This document shows, piece after piece, positions 1-12,577 of a stretch of 64,000 nt of DNA. Source of the DNA: Chrysomallon squamiferum (lineage: Eukaryota > Animalia > Mollusca); contig CM022670.1 of NCBI GenBank assembly GCA_012295275.1, forward strand, positions 19,406,001 through 19,470,000, in the 5' to 3' direction. How positions within the stretch are numbered: position 1 is the stretch's first letter; the number at the start of each line of letters is the position of its first letter. The notes under the pieces are model-generated. The model saw only the letters and a program-made list of their open reading frames with translations, made no database searches and was not told the origin of the DNA. The translations under genes and the position numbers were made by a program.

Positions 1-190
1 TGGCGGGTTCTCAATTCTTTTGGGAATGCTTTACAACCTAATACGGAAGTACGTCTTCGAAGACTCGCACAATCTTGACACGACGTTTGACGCCGGCGGC
101 AAAGTCAGCATGAGTTTAACTGCTGTGACAGTCGCTTCTCAATTACTGTGGCCTGGTGACTTACTGCAAAGTGCCACCGTGGCCATAAAG
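1..190 (+). CDS. DUR3: Gene A coding exon (equivalent to exon 2 of gene B), truncated by the window edge
   Basis: Frame from position 2 reads GGFSILLGMLYNLIRKYVFEDSHNLDTTFDAGGKVSMSLTAVTVASQLLWPGDLLQSATVAIK. Donor AAG|gtgatt at 191, phase 0. Confidence 0.9.
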
Positions 191-341
191 GTGATTTCAA
201 TGAAAATTATAAGATTATAAGGCCATTAAAAGAAAGAAAGAATAGAAAGAAAAAATATATTTACCTAATTTAATGTGCTAATCTCTCTCTCTCTGTGTAC
301 AAAAAAGAAAGAAAACAGCACAAAAACAACAAAACAAAACA

Positions 342-381
<40 letters not shown>

Positions 382-972
382 CAAATAAATAAATAACCGT
401 AAAGAAGAATTATTTATGGAAAAAGAACGCATAGCAATAACATTTCGCTTAAATCAAGCGTCAAATAAAAATTCATTACCCATTTTATTTCCCAAGTTTT
501 TGCACTGAAAGAAACCAGTAAATAACAAATGAAAGGGATGACTAACATTTCACTAAAAGTAACTGTCTTACTCTTCTGTCAGCATTAAATTCTTTTCTGT
601 GTTAATTGGTTCACCTGTCGAAAGATGTAAAATGCGTATTAAAAATGCACAGTCTTTGTCTTCTGAATGCGGCTGCCTTACATTAATCTAATAGTAACAA
701 TTTTTTGTTTTTTGTTTTTGTTTTGTTTTTTTATGTGAATCATATATCAGTCCTGTTGTAATGATAAAGTATAATAATAATAATTATAACAATAAGTATA
801 GACTTTAATAAAAAAAAATTGTGACGTCATTTCTTGTTTTATTACACAGTTATTTTTACTATCAAATGTATATGGGATTTTAATGATACTTATTAATATT
901 CTACATGCAGAATGCAAAAAATAATTAGTTTATACATGCATGCATACATACATATATACATACATACATACA

Positions 973-1004
<32 letters not shown>

Positions 1005-2447
1005 CATACGTACGTACATTCATAAATATATACACATACATACATATACAGATAAAGCCGTCTCGAGGTCCGAACGTTCCTGAATATTGTCTATGTGCAA
1101 AATCTAATCAGACGTACATAAGTCAGAGAATATTAAAATCCTAAAAATACATAAATTCATACATTGATACATACTTACATACATACATACATACATTTAT
1201 ATGTATATATATACACATGCATATTATTATTAATATTTTATTGTTCACAGAACGGCATTGCTGGTACCTTTTGGTATTCCGTGGGAGCAGTCATCAACAT
1301 GATTTTGTTTCCAGTTCTTTCGGTACATTTTAAAACGAGATCTCCAGGGGCTAAGACATTTCTTCAGGTAATATTAACATTTCCCCCCCTCCCTTTTATA
1401 GATTCTTTGTATTGCATATTACATAGTGTATGTAGAATAATGAACTTATGTTAATCTGATGTATATAAATCAAAGTTTGTGTTAGTAATATGTGTTTAAC
1501 ACTGATTTTCTTACCCTTTGATGTACTGTCGTACGCCCTTTCTTCTTTTAACTGTATTTTGAACGACTGTCTACCGCTGAGCTACTTTCATTATCCCCGT
1601 TTTGTAGAAGAGCTATTCACAAGATTCAACAACACTGAGTCGCATATTCATTCTTTTCACACATCTTTCACACGTGCAAGTTTGGCATTTTAATTTAATA
1701 ATCTCATATCTCTATATTTAAATTTCATAATCTGTTATTATATAAAAATATTTAAAAAAAAAAAGACATGGTGGTGGATTTTATACGGGGAAAAAATGCA
1801 CTTTTCAACTGGCTTCCAGTTTCCTCATACCCAAATTTTCAGTCAGTTTCTTCAAAACAATTGAAAGATTTTTGTTCACATCAACGAAAAAATTATAACC
1901 GTTTCGGGCGCAGTTTCTTGGATGTTTTTAATGACAGTCATTCTGCTGAGTAAAGCAATTGTAGGATGAGCAGTAGAGCAGACAATAAGAATAAACGCTT
2001 TTTACAGGAGAGAACGAAAGAATAAGGAAATAACAAAGTGTACGGTAATCTGGTTTAATCGCCAAGATTTAATTCAAATTTCTGCGTGATCTAAATTAGG
2101 TTATTTATCATACATTTATGTATGTTAATTTTGTTTATATGATTACATATGACCATTAGCAGAAAAATATATATTTTAGAAGGGTTTGAGTTATTTTATT
2201 TTTCACCCATTGTCCTGTATTTAGTAAATCAATCCATGATATGCCATATCTTATTTCTATAAATATATTAAAAATACCTGCTAGTAATTCAAAACTAGAA
2301 TGGTGGCATCAGGTTCTAATATATAATCATTATTGAAATATGTTAAAACGTTTTCAGCTGTCGTTAAAAAATATTTCGTTCATACACTTCTCACGTGTCT
2401 ACGATTAACTTTCATCACGATGAAAAATAGCTGTTATAAATAAATCC

Positions 2448-2546
<99 letters not shown>

Positions 2547-5500
2547 TTTAATAATACATTATGGTAAATATATTTTCTTTTGTTTCATCTAGGTTATATA
2601 CGCCAGATTTGGAAAACCAGCTCACATCGTCTTTTGCATGTTCGCTCTTCTTACGAATTTGGTTGTCATGACCTGTCTGTTAACCGGGGGAACGGCAACC
2701 ATCCAGTCAATAACAAAGGATGCATCTGGAGAGTTTTGTGTCCTGTTAATGGCTACCTTGTTCGGAAGTTACTCATTTATTGGGGGTCTGGGCTCCACAT
2801 TTTACGTTTCATACTTCAATACAGTCCTCGTTTTCGTAATGCTGTGCGTTTTCATCATAAATATTTTCCATAAAAAAAATGTCGGAGAAACAGCTTTGCT
2901 TGGAAGCATGGACAAAATATATGAAAAAGTCACGTGTCTTGAAGGTCCAGAAACCAACGAAGAACGGAGTTATTTAACCTTTTGGTCCGAGGGGGCATTA
3001 ATCTGGGGAATTCAAGGCATTTTTGCTACATCGTCGTTGACATTTTGTGACCAAGCTTCGTGGCAAAGTCGGATTGCAGCAAAGCCCGTACAAGGCGTGC
3101 TTGGGTTCTTGGCAGCTTCTTTCATTTGGTTTGCAATTCCTTCATCGATTGGAACTAGTACGGGTCTAGCGTACTTAGCACTCAGCGCAACAAATTCGAC
3201 CTTCAGGTTATCCGATCAAGACATAGACGCAGGTAAGAAGAGGTATTTAAATGTGAATGTATGTTTGCAGGTATGTGTTTGCATTATATATGTATGTATG
3301 TATGCATACGCACGAATATGTATATGTATGAATATTTTTATTTTTGTTTTAAGTATTTATTTATGTTCATATATCTATGATATTATATGTATTTGTTTAT
3401 GTAAAGTTATGTTTAACCTTTTCAAACACAAAGCTTAATACATTTTATCACTATGCAATTCAGCTGTTACATGACACGAAGTGGTGTTAAACTAATAAAA
3501 TATTATTATCAAGACGTTAATAAGACACAATCAAATGTGAAATACAAAATTATCTTTCCTTGGGGCGATAATCAAGAAACTCTTTTACCACGCCTTGTTT
3601 AAAAAGACAGGGGTTAATGGCGGAGTCATTTCAAGCTGCCGTTTGTACATTATTCTCTGATTTCATTTGTTATAAGTGATAATACGTTATTGGTGGAGTG
3701 TACTTGTGCCTTTATTTGTGTATGTTTATAATCTTTATTTTAAATTACATGCTATCTTATAATTCTAGAAAGGTTGGTATTTGTTCTGGAATTCTATTAT
3801 TAATATTTTTCTTATAAGTCGGATCTCGCATTTTAAACATGTATAACATATCAGTTCATAAATGTTGCTATCAGACCGAGTTTGTATACATTATATTTAT
3901 ATATATATATCAGTTACTCTGTGTATTTTATATGTTAATTGATTTTGTATACATATCAGCTTATCAGAAAAGATCTATGTATTAAGTTCTTCTAATCTAT
4001 CTGTTTATGTCTGAAAGATATCTGTTTGTACACACGTCTGTCGAAATACCTCTGTTTATGTTACTGAAAATTAACAGCGACAGAATTAAGTTAACAGACA
4101 AAAAATGGCTCTATTTGTTTGAATCTTGCCAATGTCTGGCAGAGGACAACCGTTTCATTTGTAAAATAATCAAGAGAAAACAGATAATATATGGTTTGGC
4201 ATGTAGAACAAGAGATTTAAAAAAAAAAAAAAAGATAAAGAATGAAAAGAAGCAAGACAAAGAAAGAAAGAAAAGAAGTAAATCAAGGATGTAAATTGGA
4301 TTATTTAAGTACCGAGTTACATGGAGAAATTAGGGAAAGTTTCACGAAGCAAAATTTTTACTGCTAATGTGAAGCACAACGCATACCCATGCACAAAACA
4401 TACACATTTAAAACAATATATATTCTGAATATACGTAACTTAAGAGATAAAATAACTATCTCTGAAAATGGAATCATATATGGTATGTGTCATTAAAAAA
4501 AAAGAAGAAATATTTAGCATTTTTTGTTTTGTTTTTTTTCTTTTTTTTTATAGCTTTAGTGGTATGAAAAGATGAGATTTAGGAAATAATGGCAGTGATA
4601 AAATGGCACCGGAAAAGAGGCACCTGGAAAACATGGGAGCCGGAAAAAATGGCACTATGCAAATTTGGAAAAAATGGCACCCTATTTATTTTTTTCTGTA
4701 TAATTGCTTAAAAAAACAACAACTTAAAAGTACTTTTAAAAATACAATTTATTCATGCAATTACATACATGTATATTAATATATAGCATCACTCATCCAC
4801 TTGATTTGCTTAACAAAGTATAGTGTTATATCAGAGTTTAGTATCACAATTATCACATTATTACCACATTCAAAAATACAATATATTCAACCATAGAGCT
4901 TCACTCAGCCACTTGGTTTTGGTTACCATGAGATTTCCAGCAGATATTGTGACCAGTTCCTTGAAGGAATTCTTCAGCAGTTTTGCTCCGATCTCATAAA
5001 TAATGAAGACGAGACTGTAGCTGGGTGTACATACGTTTGACACGCTTGCGAGGAGGCTCACCACGAGCAGCGTTGAGTAGAGCTGTACTGACATGGGCGG
5101 CATTTGCTTTAAACCAGTGAATCAGTCTCCACACAGAAGGTTGAGAAATAGAGCATGCACCATGACCATCGCAGAGTCTATGACAACTGTGGTAGGATCA
5201 GGGTCTTGACAGCTGATAGGTGTTGCACTGGCACCAAATATGATGATGCTTGAGTCGGTGTTTGGACCATTGTCGTAGACGATGAACTGTCGAGGATCAG
5301 GTTCCGTTGTCAGCGCCCACTCTTCCTCAGTGACGAGATCTTGAAGAGACTCAGGTTCAGGAGGGATGCAGCCAAGACTCTTTGGTTACGTAGGATACGT
5401 TTTACTGACTCTTACCTGGAACGTTCAACCCTGGCAGTGACACTGAGTCATTATCTGGCTTCGCTTGTCGAAGCATCATCTGAGAACGGCAGTTGGTGCT

Positions 5501-6888
5501 CGTGCAATAAACTCTTTCTTCAGAAAGTTAAACCAAGGATGCGGGAGCCAGTCCTCCAAATGTGCATATGATTTGTTTTTGTAAGCAGGACTTGATCTAC
5601 TACCAATAACCAAATATGAAGTGCCATTTTGTTTCCTGCATTAGCATAGTGCCATATCTTACAAGTGCCATTTTTCCCGGGTGCCTTTTTATTTGGTCGT
5701 CATGTTAAGATACCAAATGAAATGTATTCGTCTGACATCACGGACTTAATTGGTCTTAGTTAAGCCAGTTTTTCACCGGGGCATCACAGAAAACCTTTAA
5801 CAGGGCCACAGTTTTCTGAATGACTATCGAATAATGCAATATGAACACTATTTCCTTTAATATAGTTAAGACAAAATATGCCTTGATTGTTGCTCTTTAG
5901 CGTTATTTTTTGTTTTGAATTATATGTTTTGGGTAGTATTGGAAGTTTAAATGGAGGAAATAGCTTAGCAGTATTGTTTTAGTAAGTTAAAGTAGTAAGT
6001 TTTTGATTTAAATATGCAACAGTAAAATCTTTAATGTTTTAGTAAATAATATTTGAAGCCTGCATAACTGTTATAGCAGAACTTCTATGGAAAATTAAAT
6101 CGTCCTATTTTTTTTTTTATAAGGAACATTTCAGGGTTTGAAGATATAACATGACTTAATAAGCAGTTGTCAGAATCAGTTCAGTTATTCATAACCGTAT
6201 TATTTTCTTAAACGTGTAAATAACATTGGGGGTTTGATGAAATGATATCTTGTGTTTACAAAAAATAAATTAATTTTTTTCTTCTGAATTATTATTATTA
6301 TTAATATTATTATTATTAAACTGCGCAATAAAAACTTTAGTATTTTTGTAAATAACATTAGAGATTTGGAAAATGAGACGGATTGTACTGACAGTAAAAT
6401 AAATTAAATCCATTGTACATGTATCAGATCACTTACCCGGAGTGAAAAAAAAAAAAAAAAAAGAAAATGAAAAGGTTTTAGAAGTGTATTATCTTATATT
6501 TCTTTAATACAAATTCGTTTTTTTACTCTTCACTATTTATTTTGAATTGTAAATATATTCTGATAATCCCCAAATTACGACCGGGTTCCGTTGTGTCCGG
6601 GAATATGTAACTCGTAATGGATGTTACTAATAATTTACTTAAGTTTTATTTGTTGTTATTTAAATATTACCCAAGGTTTTCTATTTCTGCTGGACAACAC
6701 AGTTAGAAAATACAATATGATTATTAATGATCGTTTCTTTTTCAATATGTTATCTTTTATTATTATTTTTTTTTTTTTTTGTACGTACAGACGAACGTAG
6801 ATAGCTAAGGTCGTTAGCAGTGGATCAGCTGTATTAAAAGTTGGTCCAGAAAACCTGAATCTAGTTTGTATTGTTATTTTTTATTTTA

Positions 6889-6931
<43 letters not shown>

Positions 6932-7246
6932 GTTTTTAGGCTTAATTTCTTTAATTATTGTTATATCGTCGACATTGTCATTATCATCATCATCGGGACG
7001 TCGCCGTCGCCGTAATCATCGTCATCACGATCGTTGTCGTCGTCATAATCAACATCATCATCATCATCAGTTCTAACCACTTTTTTATGGGCTAAAACCA
7101 GATTGTTTTTCTGGAAAACAAATAAAACAACCATTCAGACGCAGATTGTTATAATATTTTGATCGCAACAATTGTTTCTTTTCTAAAATTTAAATTAAAG
7201 ACTGAATAATTAAATTAGAATCTATAAACGTGTGTATGTGTGTGTG

Positions 7247-7277
<31 letters not shown>

Positions 7278-7339
7278 GCGTTATATAATAATAAAAAATA
7301 ATAACGCCAAAATTATGTTAAAAAAGACAATTAAAATAA

Positions 7340-7425
<86 letters not shown>

Positions 7426-7960
7426 AAATTAGTAAAAAATAACTATCATAATTATTTATATATATATTTTTTTTTATCTCCCTAACTGTATAAATGAAAT
7501 TAGGTCGACGTTCGCAAAATTCAGAAAAGAAACAAACATTTTGTGTATGGTACTTAGGCAAATGAGGTAATTTTATTCGAAAGATACCCACTGATTAAAA
7601 AAAATTAATCTTTTACTTTTTTGCTGAATACTGATAAAAATATTTCTTTATTTTCTTATTTTTAACAACGCTGCTGAAATTATTTGGTTACATAAGAATT
7701 TTAACATTTTTAATTTTTTTTTTTTTTGTAAAGGTAATTTTTACATAATACTTGGAGTAATTATTATAATTTTTTTATTTTTTATATTGAATATATACCA
7801 AAAAGAATTTAAAGAATGTACTGCCACTTCAAAAAGATAACAGTTTTATGAGCTTTTAAGGTTCAGAGTTGTAAAAATTAAGGAAAAGGATGACTAAGAA
7901 AAAGAAAAAAGAAAAAGAAGGAAAAAAGAAAGAACGAATGATAAAATGAAAACGAGAATG

Positions 7961-7997
<37 letters not shown>

Positions 7998-8606
7998 AAG
8001 AAAACGAGAGATATATAAAAAGATAGAACGGTATGAAAAAAGAAATAAAGGTCCAAACAAATGGTAAAATTATTACTCACACATACAAACACACAGATAA
8101 AATTACACGTTTATGATATATAAAACCTAAAATTCCTTTTATCAAACCATAAGTGCATTAAAGTTTTTTAGAAACGTTCCTTAAAATAATAAAGTAGAAA
8201 TGTAACTGCACGATATATAAAATTTATCTTACTAGTGATACTTTTTATTGACAACACGAAAATGCTTAAAATTAAAATAAAAAAAAAAATATAGATAAAT
8301 AAAATAATTAAATGAAATTTCTTGGAACGAAATATTGAAAAGGGTACAATATGTTTGGATGGGAGTATGGTCTTAAAAGTTTATCATATTAGAACAAAGA
8401 GACAACTTAAAACGTAATATTTGAAACTCTCTGTCTATCTGTTGGTTCATATCTCTACCTCTCTTTGTCTATCCATCTCTGTATATAGTTGTCAAAATGT
8501 AATACCCATTTATTGTGTTTGTTACTGTATATGTGTTTTAGTGTGTTTATGAAAAAGAAATGGAGTTTGAGAGAGAGAGAGCGATGGAGAGAGAGAGAGA
8601 GAGATG

Positions 8607-8647
<41 letters not shown>

Positions 8648-11353
8648 ATAATAAACATTTGAAAGAATGTGAAAAAAGAAACACGAAGAGATGCTGATAG
8701 ATAGAGGAACACATTACTACTAATACTTTTGAAATAACTAGTTCCTTAACTTCATAAAATAAAATTTCTTAGAATTACATACAAATTTGAATATTTATAT
8801 TATAGACAGTACCTTTTTTGCGAGAAATCAAATGAGCATTATAGTTTTAATCTATTACGTTATCGTCTATTACTACAAAAATACGGCATTCATGTACTCT
8901 GTTGGTCTGAAAATTCTGTCGGTAAAAATATATCACTTTATATTTAAGTTCAGGTGTTAGCACCTGATAATAAAAACGACATTGCTTTTTGATTATGAAA
9001 TCCATCATTATGTGAGAATAACTTTATAACAGGAGAGTATATTTTTTCATTGCTTTTTACGCCCGCTTCTTGTCAGAATCATTAAATATCTAAAATTTTA
9101 GTGAAATGTTTTTAAGTGCTAACTTTAAAAGTCTAATGAATTATACCTGACATGAGTTTATTGAAAACAGAAGTTTCAGAAAATACTACCAACTGCATTT
9201 TTTTCTTTTTTTTCTGATGTCAAACATTGACAAATCGTCCAGATAAAAGAGAAATAAATATGTCTGTACCAGACTAAATACAGCTCGCTAGACAGCAACT
9301 TGAACCTTGCAGATGGATAAACATTTTCCAGGAAGCAATTCATTGCTTATGGCTTATAGCTTGGTAAAAAAGGGAAACAGGGATTTGGTACATATGCACT
9401 AATAGTCAGTGGCGGATCTAAGCATGTCTTTAGGGATATCCAGAATCGCCAATTTTTCTGGACAGACAAATCTACCGATTCAGATGACACTTACTAAAGA
9501 CTGCGTATATAATGCATCTGATCTTGCTAATATGTTTATGATAATACATTTACGCGTAATTCCCTACAAATCAAGTGACATAATTTTCTAATCTTTATCT
9601 TTTCCAGAGTTCTGGAATGCAGTATGCTTATCAGCATAGCCTAATAAGAGTTAAAAAAGAACAGAAAAAGAAAATGTAAAATGGTTAAAAATGGCTTCAT
9701 TAACGTAATTTAGTTTCAGAAATAAAATAAGTCATTATCATCACAATTTGTAATCTCACCTAACATGTAATAAATACAGCTCTACGAAACACAATAACAC
9801 AGAAAACATTCTTAATAAAACATACTGGATTTGATAACAAATATTAACGAGTAAAATGTTATTTATTTGAACATAACAGAAATATGAAACTTTCTTTTTT
9901 ATTCTCATCAGGTCTGGTGACACCATTTATTGCTCAGAAAGCTTTGGGATATTCTGGAGGCGTTATGATTCTAACCATGTTGACGATGTCGCTGATGTCA
10001 ACAGGGTCTGGAGAAGTTATGGCAGTTTCTTCGATTATTGTTTACGACATTTACCAATCACACCTACGTCCATATAGGTAACAAGTGTGAACTTTTTTGT
10101 AGCATTTATTTACTTACTTATAATTAAATGTAAAAAGTCTATATTACTTTATTTATTATTGAATTATTTTTTTATTTTTTTTTTTAGTTAGTTATATACT
10201 GTTTTAACTACTAGTATTTTTAATTTTCTTAAAATATTTTTTACTACTCAAAAGATAGTTAATTACTTATCATATTTTCCCCTTTCATAATTTATCAAAA
10301 GAGTAAGACATGGTTTCTTCAGGAGAATAAAATACAAATGACCTGTTATATTTAATTACAATTAGATCTCTGCCAAATGAGACTAACCAACATAATATAA
10401 TGTTACTGTAGTAACATCATAACTTTTACTCAAAACCAATTTACTTATGCAGAAAAAATCACAGATCAGGTAACTGCCTTCTTTGTGGAAAACCCTCATC
10501 TCTGGACGAAACGAAGACGCTGAAAGAACCATATGCAACCTACTGTCAATGTCCTCCAGCTTTAGAATGTGCAGAATGCCAGAAAGACAAACAACAAAAC
10601 ATTGCCCAGACCAATCTTGGCAAGCAGACCATCTACACATGCAAACATCACGGCCAATTTAGGATGTATCAGGACATCATGATCCAGTTCAAAAGCTGGT
10701 GCATCTTGTGGGTCACTATTGCAATTGTCCCTCTTGGGATGTTAGTCAACGCCGCGGGGATAGATCTTAACTGGACTATGATGGTTGGTTTCATTATAAC
10801 CACTCCGTGCTTCCCTGGAGCAGTTCTGAGCATTATATGGGTAAAAACTACTGCTATCGGAGTTATTTCTGGTGAGTCAAACAACATAATATTTTACATA
10901 TGTCTCTTTTATTGAGAGAGATTTTATTTTAATGTTTAGATTTTCGTGTACTCAGTTAGCCTTCTTATTTTTAAATGTGCATAAAATATGGTAATTCATG
11001 TAACATGTAACAAGATTCATCTAGTGATAGATATAAACAATAAATCTTTCAAAAATAATATGATTTATTAGAAATAGAAGTAAAAAATGTATTATATAAA
11101 GCAAATTATTTTCGATCAGAATTTAATGGAAAATTTATATTTCCAGTTTTTGTAACATTATTTTTTCCCGCTTCTTATTATCATAGACTGTATTTCAACT
11201 GCTTTCTTTTCCCCCAAAACAGTAACAAGAACTATCAAGCACTAATCAACCAAACAAACAATCAGCAAAATTCCATTTTTGTTAAATAAATAAATTAATA
11301 ATAAATAAATAAATAAAAGAGCAGATATAAAACACACAGACAACCATTCACAA

Positions 11354-11387
<34 letters not shown>

Positions 11388-12210
11388 GATGAAAAAGAAA
11401 ACCTGTAGATATTTTATAAATATTTATAGAACGATGGGGCGAGCTGTAACTCAGTAGGAGAACGTCTGTTTCTGACATGCCTAGGTTGCCTTTAAGGTTA
11501 TTTCTCCGTCTTTTTATACAACGAAGTATTAATATTTTGTCATAAATTCACTCTTATTTTTCATTGTTTCAGGTAGTATTAGTGGACTGATTGGAGGGGT
11601 TTCTGCAACTCTTATCGTTGCTTCGACATTTGATGGCGGCCTTGGTCATTTTCTGGCCAACACGTCCCAGAACTATTCCGTCCTGGCTGGGTCGAGCAGC
11701 AGTTTCTTGGTTTCTCTCATCATCACGATTCTTGTATCCCTCCTAACTCACAACATCACAGATCAGCAGGCCGCGGACAAAGAATGGCAGAAACTTCGAG
11801 ACATCGATAATCCGCTGAGACCTTGGTCGGAGCAGTTCAAAGAGGACATCCCAGAACTCCAGCCAACCGAGAGACCAACACCGAAACAGCTGGATTCCGT
11901 GTTTAAGAAAGCGAAGTTGACAGCTTACATTGGCGGAGCTTTCAGTCTCATCCTTTTTATCATCATCATGCCAGGAGTCATGGCTAGTCTGCACGTGCTG
12001 ACGTCATCACAATTTCGCTCCTGGTTAATGACGCTGCAGTTGTGGTGCTTTCTCATGGCCGCCATTGTTATAATCATTGCGCCACTAGAAGAAATAATGA
12101 TGATTGTTAAACAGCTGCGCAAGAAAAACATGAATAAAAAACTGGAAATTAATGGCGGAAATTTGAACAGGACAAATAGTGAAGACATACGCGAAACGGA
12201 GATGCTTTGA
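1..12210 (+). CDS. DUR3: Gene A: DUR3-like urea/solute:cation symporter (SSS/SLC5 superfamily), spliced and 5'-partial; join(<1..190,1251..1367,2593..3232,9912..10077,10453..10871,11573..12210)
   Basis: Six exons with GT-AG boundaries and consistent phases (0,0,1,2,1) join into a stop-free frame of 2169 nt from position 2 (722 aa plus TGA). DUR3-type motifs are FDAGGKVSMSLTAVTVASQ, GIAGTFWY, IYARFGK, YSFIGGLGSTFYVSY, DQASWQSRIAAKP, GFLAASFIWFAIP, GSGEVMAVSSIIVYDIY and DIDNPLRPW. The exon structure matches the paralog on the - strand. Confidence 0.92.
935..1220. repeat. Interrupted (TACA)n microsatellite
   Basis: Direct reading. Confidence 0.85.
1251..1367 (+). CDS. DUR3: Gene A coding exon (117 nt)
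   Basis: Acceptor ttcacag|AAC, donor CAG|gtaata. Encodes NGIAGTFWYSVGAVINMILFPVLSVHFKTRSPGAKTFLQ. Same length as the paralogous exon. Confidence 0.93.
2451..2543. repeat. (CT)n microsatellite
   Basis: Direct reading. Lies 50 bp upstream of a splice acceptor. Confidence 0.95.
2593..3232 (+). CDS. DUR3: Gene A coding exon (640 nt)
   Basis: Acceptor catctag|GTT, donor GCAG|gtaaga (phase 1). Encodes VIYARFGKPAHIVFCMFALL...SDQDIDA with several transmembrane helices. Confidence 0.94.
4561..5714 (-). mobile_element. Internally deleted Mutator-like (MULE) DNA transposon in an intron of gene A
   Basis: Ends are GGTAT...ATACC, with inverted arrays of sub-repeats (AAAATGGCAC at about 4585-4680, GTGCCATTTT at about 5620-5690). 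Minus-strand fragments PPEPESLQDLVTEEEWALTTEPDPRQFIVYDNGPNTDSSIIIFGA, DPTTVVID and QPSVWRLIHWFK...GEPPRKRVKRMYTQLQSRL...EFLQGTGHNI resemble animal MULE transposases. A frameshift and stops are present. No TSD is visible. Confidence 0.78.
7344..7423. repeat. (CT)n microsatellite
   Basis: Direct reading. Confidence 0.95.
9912..10077 (+). CDS. DUR3: Gene A coding exon (166 nt)
   Basis: Acceptor catcag|GT, donor TATAG|gtaaca (phase 2). Encodes GLVTPFIAQKALGYSGGVMILTMLTMSLMSTGSGEVMAVSSIIVYDIYQSHLRPYR. Confidence 0.93.
10453..10871 (+). CDS. DUR3: Gene A coding exon (419 nt): Cys-rich loop plus two TM helices
   Basis: Acceptor ttatgcag|A, donor TCTG|gtgagt (phase 1). Encodes KNHRSGNCLLCGK...YCQCPPALECAEC...YTCKHHGQFRMYQDIMIQFKSWCILWVT...AIGVIS. 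Confidence 0.92.
11573..12210 (+). CDS. DUR3: Gene A terminal coding exon (638 nt)
   Basis: Acceptor tgtttcag|GT. Encodes SISGLIGGVSATLIV...DIDNPLRPW...RETEML followed by TGA. In frame with ORF 11707..12210. Confidence 0.93.
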
Positions 12211-12577
12211 TGGGAGAGATAAAAACAGTGGACATACTCTTTTGTACCTAGTCCACAAATCTGCGAAACTTTCATTTGAACATACAATGAATCGAGTAAT
12301 TTTGTAGAGAGCAGATTCAGTATTTCAGAAAAAGGGATTTCATTGTTTCATTACTTAGAAACAGGGGTTTGAAGTGCCATGTTAGATACCTCCTCTTCAT
12401 TTTTCATGTTATGATAATTTATATTTATTTTTTATCAGAGAACATATACTGTAGTCAAATAACTAAAAAAGAAATATATATATATTGTTATATAAAGCTT
12501 TAAATAGAAACAGTTATTAAATTTATTGACGTGTAAGCCTAAAAGCAATGTCGTAAATGTAAATTAACTAATTCATT

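Noticed and set aside
4870-5571. ORFs 4870..5103 (-) and 5341..5571 (+) as genes
   Set aside because: They are off-frame or antisense readings of the decayed MULE transposase.
9407-9420. CAGTGGCGGATCTA, resembling a Harbinger-type TIR
   Set aside because: No partner inverted end was found nearby.
10383-12287. Antisense ORFs over gene A exons, and alternative-frame ORFs such as 2580..2873 and 23354..23572
   Set aside because: These are shadows of real exons with no independent motifs or splice support.
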